DNA from: an uncultured bacterium
GTDB taxonomy: Bacteria; Zhuqueibacterota; QNDG01; DTFT01
Direction of reading: 5' to 3'
Assembly (NCBI GenBank): GCA_963736115.1
Contig: CAVTNR010000016.1
Span: forward strand, 1 to 21,129
Length of the DNA: 21,129 nt
The notes under the pieces are model-generated. The model was given only the letters and a program-made list of their open reading frames with translations, was not told the origin of the DNA and made no database searches. Position 1 is the stretch's first letter. Every line of letters begins with the position of its first letter. Of the stretch, positions 16,260 through 21,129 are shown piece after piece. The position numbers were made by a program, and so were the translations under genes.

Positions 16260-16835
16260 TCAGTAGACGACGCCGCTGGCCGCGGCATAGGCCTTGAGCA
16301 CTTCGGCCGCTTCCTTCCGAAGCAGAGGCAGACCGACCTGGACGCCGCGCCTGCGGCATTCCCGCTTCCAGTCAGCCGGCAGGGGGCCCTCGTCAAAACC
16401 CGCTATTTTCTCCACATCCGTCCGTGTCGATCCGTAAATCAGCTTGTCCACGCCCGCCCAGATGACGGCTCCGAAGCACATGACACAGGGCTGGGCGCTG
16501 GAGGCGAGAACGAACCGTCCGGGTTTTCCCGCGCCCAGGTCGAGCCTGTGATGCTTCAGCTTCTCCTCCGCCAGGATCAGGGCGAGAATTTCCGCGTGAT
16601 TCACCGAACAGCGGCCCGGGACCACGGTGTTCACGCCCACGGCAAGAAGGCTGTGATTGCGGCCGTCGAACACGGCCGCGCCGAAGGGCCCGCCCGTGCC
16701 GTGCCGGACATTGGCCGCGGCGAGCGCGATCGCCAGCCGCATTTTCCCTTCATCCGACCTGCGGACCGTTCCGAAATCGACCTCCCGCTTCACCCACCCG
16801 GGAAGGGCGATGGTTCTCCGCAGGGGCGGGATCAC
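16260..16835 (-). CDS. Zinc-dependent nucleoside/guanine deaminase (cytidine deaminase fold)
   Basis: GGPFGAAV, HAE, PCVMC and GFDEGP motifs; GTG start overlaps the upstream stop. Confidence 0.9.
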   Translation of the reverse strand: MIPPLRRTIALPGWVKREVDFGTVRRSDEGKMRLAIALAAANVRHGTGGPFGAAVFDGRNHSLLAVGVNTVVPGRCSVNHAEILALILAEEKLKHHRLDLGAGKPGRFVLASSAQPCVMCFGAVIWAGVDKLIYGSTRTDVEKIAGFDEGPLPADWKRECRRRGVQVGLPLLRKEAAEVLKAYAAASGVVY

Positions 16836-17419
16836 TGCTTCAGGCCTGCGAGAATCTCAGCCCCGAAGGCCATGCATTCCGGCCGTTTCAGGTTGTCGTA
16901 ATCCTCGAACGCGGCCATCATCTTCGCGGTTTCAGGGTCCATCAGGGACTTCGTGACCCGGCCGAGAAACACATGCGACGGGACCAGCGCGGCGCCGGTC
17001 AGTTTCGCGAGATGGTTTGCGATGAGTATCTCCTCCTGCTCCGGCGCCACCGGCCGGCCCATGTTGCCGCATACGGCGAACAGGCCCGCCACCTTCCCGC
17101 TCAGAGTATCCCGGTTCGCCTTCAGGTAATCCTGCAGTTCCGGGGAGACCACGGCCATGCGTATGGCGCCGCCGATCACCACGTGCTCGAATCCGGAAAG
17201 GTCCGGTTTCTCGCGCACATCAAACACATGCGCGATGCCGCCCATTCCTTCGGATATCCAGGCCGCGGCATCGCGCGTGGAGCCGCACCAGGTGGCGTAC
17301 AGCACGGCCCACTTTTGTTCCGACGGCGTGGCGTAGAACTTCATCGCTCCGGCGTTTCCGGCCAGGGCGGCCGCGCCGAGGCCGGCGAGTCCGGATGCGA
17401 AAAATTTGCGTCTGTCCAT
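16832..17419 (-). CDS. Flavodoxin-domain protein (HemG-like) with Tat signal peptide
   Basis: MDRRKFF...AGA signal after a GGAGG RBS; VLYATWCGSTRDAA FMN-loop-like segment, VVIGGAI, LFAVC. Confidence 0.82.
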   Translation of the reverse strand: MDRRKFFASGLAGLGAAALAGNAGAMKFYATPSEQKWAVLYATWCGSTRDAAAWISEGMGGIAHVFDVREKPDLSGFEHVVIGGAIRMAVVSPELQDYLKANRDTLSGKVAGLFAVCGNMGRPVAPEQEEILIANHLAKLTGAALVPSHVFLGRVTKSLMDPETAKMMAAFEDYDNLKRPECMAFGAEILAGLKQ

Positions 17420-17559
17420 GTGACCTCCTGGGAGCCGTCCGGGTCTAAGAACCAAAATGTCCTATATCATAGAATATAAAAAACAAACCGCACAAAGTCA
17501 ATCGAATGGATTAAATGACCGGTTTCAGGACCGGCTGACCGGTCTTCTTCGGGGCACGC

Positions 17560-18327
17560 TTACTTCTTCTCCGCCATCAGCCTGGCGACCGCCGGTTCCA
17601 TGGCTTCGGTCCAGACCTTGTACCCCTCCGCGTTGGGATGGAGGTAGTCGGGCATCAGCTCCTCTTTCAGCGTCCCGTCCGGTTTCAGGAACAGACCCGA
17701 ATAGTCCTCGAAAAAGATGGTTTCCCCGTCCGCGATGCGGCTGGCCAGGCGGTTCGTTTCCGTAATTTTCATGCGCTGGGGCGTGGGGTTCAGGTCGCGC
17801 GGGAGAATGGCGAGCAGAAGAATTTTCGTGCCCGGCAGATAAGTCCTCAGCCGGCCGCACACGGCGATGATTCCGTCCGCGATCTCCTGCGGCGTGCAGT
17901 CGTCCCGGTTGGAATTGTTCGTGCCGATCAGCACGACCGCCAGTTTCGGCTTGACCGCGGAGAAATCGCAATGGTCGAGCCGCCACAGCACATGATGCGT
18001 CCAGTCGCCGCCGAAGCCCATGTTCACCGCGTTCCGCGGCGCGTAATACAGGTCCCAGTACTTCCGGCCGGTGTTGTCGAATCCGTGCGTGATGGAGTCT
18101 CCGATAAGGAGCAGATCCGCGCCGCCCCGTTTCAGCCGGTTGTGGACCGCCTCGTGTCTCGGCTGCCACCACGAAACTGCCCAGTCGAAAGTGGACGGCG
18201 CCGGAGTCACGGACCTGTGTGTTCTGGCCGCTGTTTCGCGGAAAAGCGTCTTTTGCCGGCTTGCGCAGCCTGCGAGCAGAAGCGCTGCCGTGGTTGCGGT
18301 GATTCCAAAAACAATGGTTCGATTCAT
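17560..18327 (-). CDS. SGNH/GDSL esterase lipoprotein (PAF-acetylhydrolase IB-like)
   Basis: Lipobox LAGC, IGDSITHG, GFGGD, IGTNN, DYLHP. Start placed at 18327 (GAGG RBS). Confidence 0.92.
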   Translation of the reverse strand: MNRTIVFGITATTAALLLAGCASRQKTLFRETAARTHRSVTPAPSTFDWAVSWWQPRHEAVHNRLKRGGADLLLIGDSITHGFDNTGRKYWDLYYAPRNAVNMGFGGDWTHHVLWRLDHCDFSAVKPKLAVVLIGTNNSNRDDCTPQEIADGIIAVCGRLRTYLPGTKILLLAILPRDLNPTPQRMKITETNRLASRIADGETIFFEDYSGLFLKPDGTLKEELMPDYLHPNAEGYKVWTEAMEPAVARLMAEKK

Positions 18328-18473
18328 TTTATACCTCTCATTCTTTCTGCGCAAGGGTTCCCGCGAAGGTGTCGCGCATAACGGTTCCCGCTGTCCGATA
18401 GCCCGGCTGATAAAACGCCGGGCATATCGGACCTACAACTGCCGCTTTCCAGACAGCCGCATCGGAAACACGC

Positions 18474-18556
18474 AGAAGACCCCGGGGTCCGATGGATTCA
18501 TGGATCGAGAAAACCGGACATCCAATGACGATCGTATCGAGACCCCGGGGTCTTCT
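18474..18556. repeat. Inverted pair of palindromic REP-like units
   Basis: AGAAGACCCCGGGGTC (18474-18489) and GACCCCGGGGTCTTCT (18541-18556) form a perfect 16-bp inverted repeat; each contains the palindrome GACCCCGGGGTC. Confidence 0.75.
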
Positions 18557-18573
18557 TTTATTGCCGCATGAAC

Positions 18574-20769
18574 TCATCGGACCAGCGCCGCTTTTACGGA
18601 GCGCGCAGTCCCTCCCGCGCGGACCGTGATGACGTACACGCCCGAAGCCAATCCTCCGGCTTCCCAGAGCAGGTCGTGCGGCCCGGCCTCTCGTACGCCT
18701 TGTTCAAACACAGCGGCCAGGCGGCCCTGCAAGTCCTTGACTGCGATCCGGACCGCGGACCGGGCTCCGAGATGGAAGCGGATGCGGGTGGATGCGTTGA
18801 AGGGATTGGGATAAACCGCGTTCAGTGTGAATCCCGCCGGGCTGAGCGCGGCAGGCCGGGTATTGTCCGCAGACGCCGGCTTGTCGTTGACCTGGTTCTC
18901 CGGACCGTCCCCCCTGTCGTAATACCGCCATTCCGACTCCCAGACGAACGGGAAGAGCCCGCTATCGGTCCGGATCTGGCAGTCGAAAGAGACTCCCGCG
19001 TCCGCTCCGCTGGCCGCGTGCACCTCGACCGCCACGACGTTTCCCGTGTCGCGGATGAGTGAAAGGTCGTTTGGCGCGTCGATGCGGAAAGTCGTGTAAC
19101 CCGAGGTCTGCACCCGGGTCGCGAAAGCGCCGTAAAAGGGAACTTCGTCCTCCGGGAAGTTATAGCGGCCTGCCTCGATTCCGTTGAAATAGGCCACGAG
19201 CCCGTCGCCCCCGCGTATCATGAGGGTCAGCCGGCTGACGGACGCGGATGCCGGGATGTCCAGGGCTTTCCTGAAATACACGGTACGGACCCCGGCCACG
19301 GTTGTCGTAAAACTCCCGGACGGCCGGTTGCCCGCAGGCGCGATGCCGGAAGCCCAGGCGAGATCGTCGTACCCGGGCTGCGTCCAGTCCAGGTCTGCCT
19401 TGGTCGTGTCCACGGTCATTTGCACCACAGCGGACGTGTCCATTGCGTTCCCGGCCGCGTCCGCGGCCCTCAGGTACAGCGTCCGGGTCTGCCCGTGGCC
19501 GCAGGACACGGAGGTCGCATGCTTCCGGCTTCCCGTTTCGTCGAAGGTGTTTTGCATCTCAGAAAAGGGTTCATCCGAATCGCTCCATCGCACGGTCGCG
19601 TACGTGTCCGTTTCCGCCTCGAGGGGGATGGATTCCGCGTACGCGATGAATGGCGACGCGGGCAGGCGCGTGAATGCGGGCGGTTTCGTGTCATCGTATG
19701 GCTCCCAGGGGCTCAAGCCGTCGATGGCCGTGATCAGCCGGTCCGCGATCTGGTGATGCGTGGCGACCGTGGGATGGTAATTGGCGTACCCGCCGTTGTA
19801 ATAGGGATAATCCGTGTAAAAGACGTCCCCGTGGCCTGCGGCATTTTCCTCCTCCACGACCTGCCCGATCGCGGTTTTCAGCCAGTCGAGCCCGTTGGCC
19901 GCAACGGCCAGAATCCGGACGCCCGGATACACGTCGCGGATCGTCGCGATGAATTCATGGTACCGGCCGATATACAGGTCCCGGTTCTCCTTCGCGACCG
20001 GTCCGCTGTACCCGCCGAACGCGTTGTAATCGTTCAGGCCCAGCCCGATCACCACCAGGTTGGGAACCCACTGCTCGAAGTCCCAGGTCTGGTTCCGGCC
20101 GAACGCGTGAGCCTGGTCGAACTGATCGGGCAGGTTCTTGGTGTAGTCGCCCTGCCATTCCACCACCAGTCCCCATCCGGAGATGCTGGTCATGTGAACT
20201 TCCGCTCCGTAATGGCGGCCGACGATCGGGCCGAAGCCCTCGTAGATGTTGGTCACGGGCGCGTCCGAATCCGGCGTTCCGGTGAGCTCGTTCCATTCCG
20301 CGCTGGTGAAGGAGTCGCCGATGAATTCGATTCGGCGGGCCGGACGTTCGGGCGGCGGCAGCAGCGTCTTCCCGTCGTCCAGGATGAACCCGTTGAACGC
20401 GAACCGGATCCATGTGGTCTCGTTGCGCTTGAAGAGCACCAGCGTGTGCGGCCCGTCGGTCAGGCCCTCGGCCAGTGTATAGGAAGCGGCCGCCGTGGAT
20501 GTTCCCTTGAACACGCCTTTCAGCTCGCCGTCGACGAACACGTTGAAATAGGTGAAATTGTCCGTCAGCCGGACACCGATGGACGTGCCTTCGAACCGGA
20601 CCGTGACGCTGACTCCGGGCCAGGAATGGGAAGGCGCCTTGGGATCGGAGAAGTCCCACCGGCCCGTGTATAGGATGTTCGGGTCGTCCGCGGGGATCAG
20701 CACGGACGCAGTCAGGGCGATGGAGGCGGTCAGCGTCCATGCGGCCGCAACCAGGAAGATGTTTTTCAT
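18574..20769 (-). CDS. CE2-like SGNH carbohydrate esterase with accessory beta domains and T9SS type A-like C-terminal sorting domain
   Basis: Signal peptide; YTGRW..WPG N-domain; RRIEFIGDSFT, SGWG, GLGLND, NYHP; C-terminal YPNPFNAST...LASGVY. Confidence 0.88.
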   Translation of the reverse strand: MKNIFLVAAAWTLTASIALTASVLIPADDPNILYTGRWDFSDPKAPSHSWPGVSVTVRFEGTSIGVRLTDNFTYFNVFVDGELKGVFKGTSTAAASYTLAEGLTDGPHTLVLFKRNETTWIRFAFNGFILDDGKTLLPPPERPARRIEFIGDSFTSAEWNELTGTPDSDAPVTNIYEGFGPIVGRHYGAEVHMTSISGWGLVVEWQGDYTKNLPDQFDQAHAFGRNQTWDFEQWVPNLVVIGLGLNDYNAFGGYSGPVAKENRDLYIGRYHEFIATIRDVYPGVRILAVAANGLDWLKTAIGQVVEEENAAGHGDVFYTDYPYYNGGYANYHPTVATHHQIADRLITAIDGLSPWEPYDDTKPPAFTRLPASPFIAYAESIPLEAETDTYATVRWSDSDEPFSEMQNTFDETGSRKHATSVSCGHGQTRTLYLRAADAAGNAMDTSAVVQMTVDTTKADLDWTQPGYDDLAWASGIAPAGNRPSGSFTTTVAGVRTVYFRKALDIPASASVSRLTLMIRGGDGLVAYFNGIEAGRYNFPEDEVPFYGAFATRVQTSGYTTFRIDAPNDLSLIRDTGNVVAVEVHAASGADAGVSFDCQIRTDSGLFPFVWESEWRYYDRGDGPENQVNDKPASADNTRPAALSPAGFTLNAVYPNPFNASTRIRFHLGARSAVRIAVKDLQGRLAAVFEQGVREAGPHDLLWEAGGLASGVYVITVRAGGTARSVKAALVR

Positions 20770-20796
20770 CCGGACTCCGGGAAAAAGTTCATATTG

Positions 20797-21129
20797 TCAG
20801 TGATACGCGACATCCGATGATCGGACCGCGGTCATCAGAAAGAGCGGGAATTCTCTCGGGCCTACCGCCGTTTGCTTTTCCATCCGTAAAACCGTTTGGA
20901 ACCGGACATCCGCGAATCCCTTCTGTCGCGCCAGGATGCCCAGCGCTTCCCGATCGAATCCGTGATGGCCTTCGAACCCGGGGCCGTGAAAGAAGCCGTC
21001 TTCAGACTCCAGGTCCGCGACCGCCAACCGGCCGCCTTCTTTCAACAGCGCATAAAAAGAGGAAAGAAGTCCGGCTGTATCCGGCACATGGTGCAGGACG
21101 AGGAGAGAGACGATGATGTCATATCGTTC
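20797..21129 (-). CDS. Class I SAM-dependent methyltransferase, C-terminal part (runs off the right edge)
   Basis: Frame is open to the window edge: YDIIVSLLVLHHVPD..LLKEGGRLAVADLESEDGFFH..HHGF. Confidence 0.85.
   Translation of the reverse strand, partial: ERYDIIVSLLVLHHVPDTAGLLSSFYALLKEGGRLAVADLESEDGFFHGPGFEGHHGFDREALGILARQKGFADVRFQTVLRMEKQTAVGPREFPLFLMTAVRSSDVAYH

Noticed and set aside
5048-21116. Long plus-strand and alternative-frame ORFs (e.g. 9404-10738, 12661-13959, 14608-15825, 19420-20673)
   Set aside because: Shadow ORFs typical of GC-rich DNA, overlapping well-supported minus-strand genes and lacking recognisable motifs.

Overview
The window has two parts, and every credible gene is on the minus strand. 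Bases 1-~4500 are an AT-rich integron gene-cassette array: six cassettes separated by five complete attC sites of 105-108 bp and one partial attC, all from one sequence family. The cassettes carry a pRiA4b ORF-3-like protein, a frameshifted metallophosphoesterase, a T7 endonuclease I-like PD-(D/E)xK nuclease, a RelE/RHH toxin-antitoxin pair, a membrane-anchored isochorismatase-family hydrolase and a DUF4258/DUF2283-type pair. The array ends at an attI-like site (4474-4492), with a candidate Pc promoter and three operator-like palindromes upstream, but there is no integrase gene where intI should be. Bases ~5160-21129 are a GC-rich backbone: two SAM methyltransferases, a pentapeptide repeat protein, a secreted HExxH protein, an MBL-fold hydrolase, a deaminase, a Tat-signal flavodoxin and several carbohydrate-active enzymes (six-hairpin GH, GH31, GH43, SGNH esterase, CE2-like esterase with a T9SS-type C-terminal domain, suggesting an FCB-superphylum host). 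The backbone has several REP-like palindrome families, one of them in-frame inside a signal peptide. Family assignments come from motif recognition only; no database searches were run.
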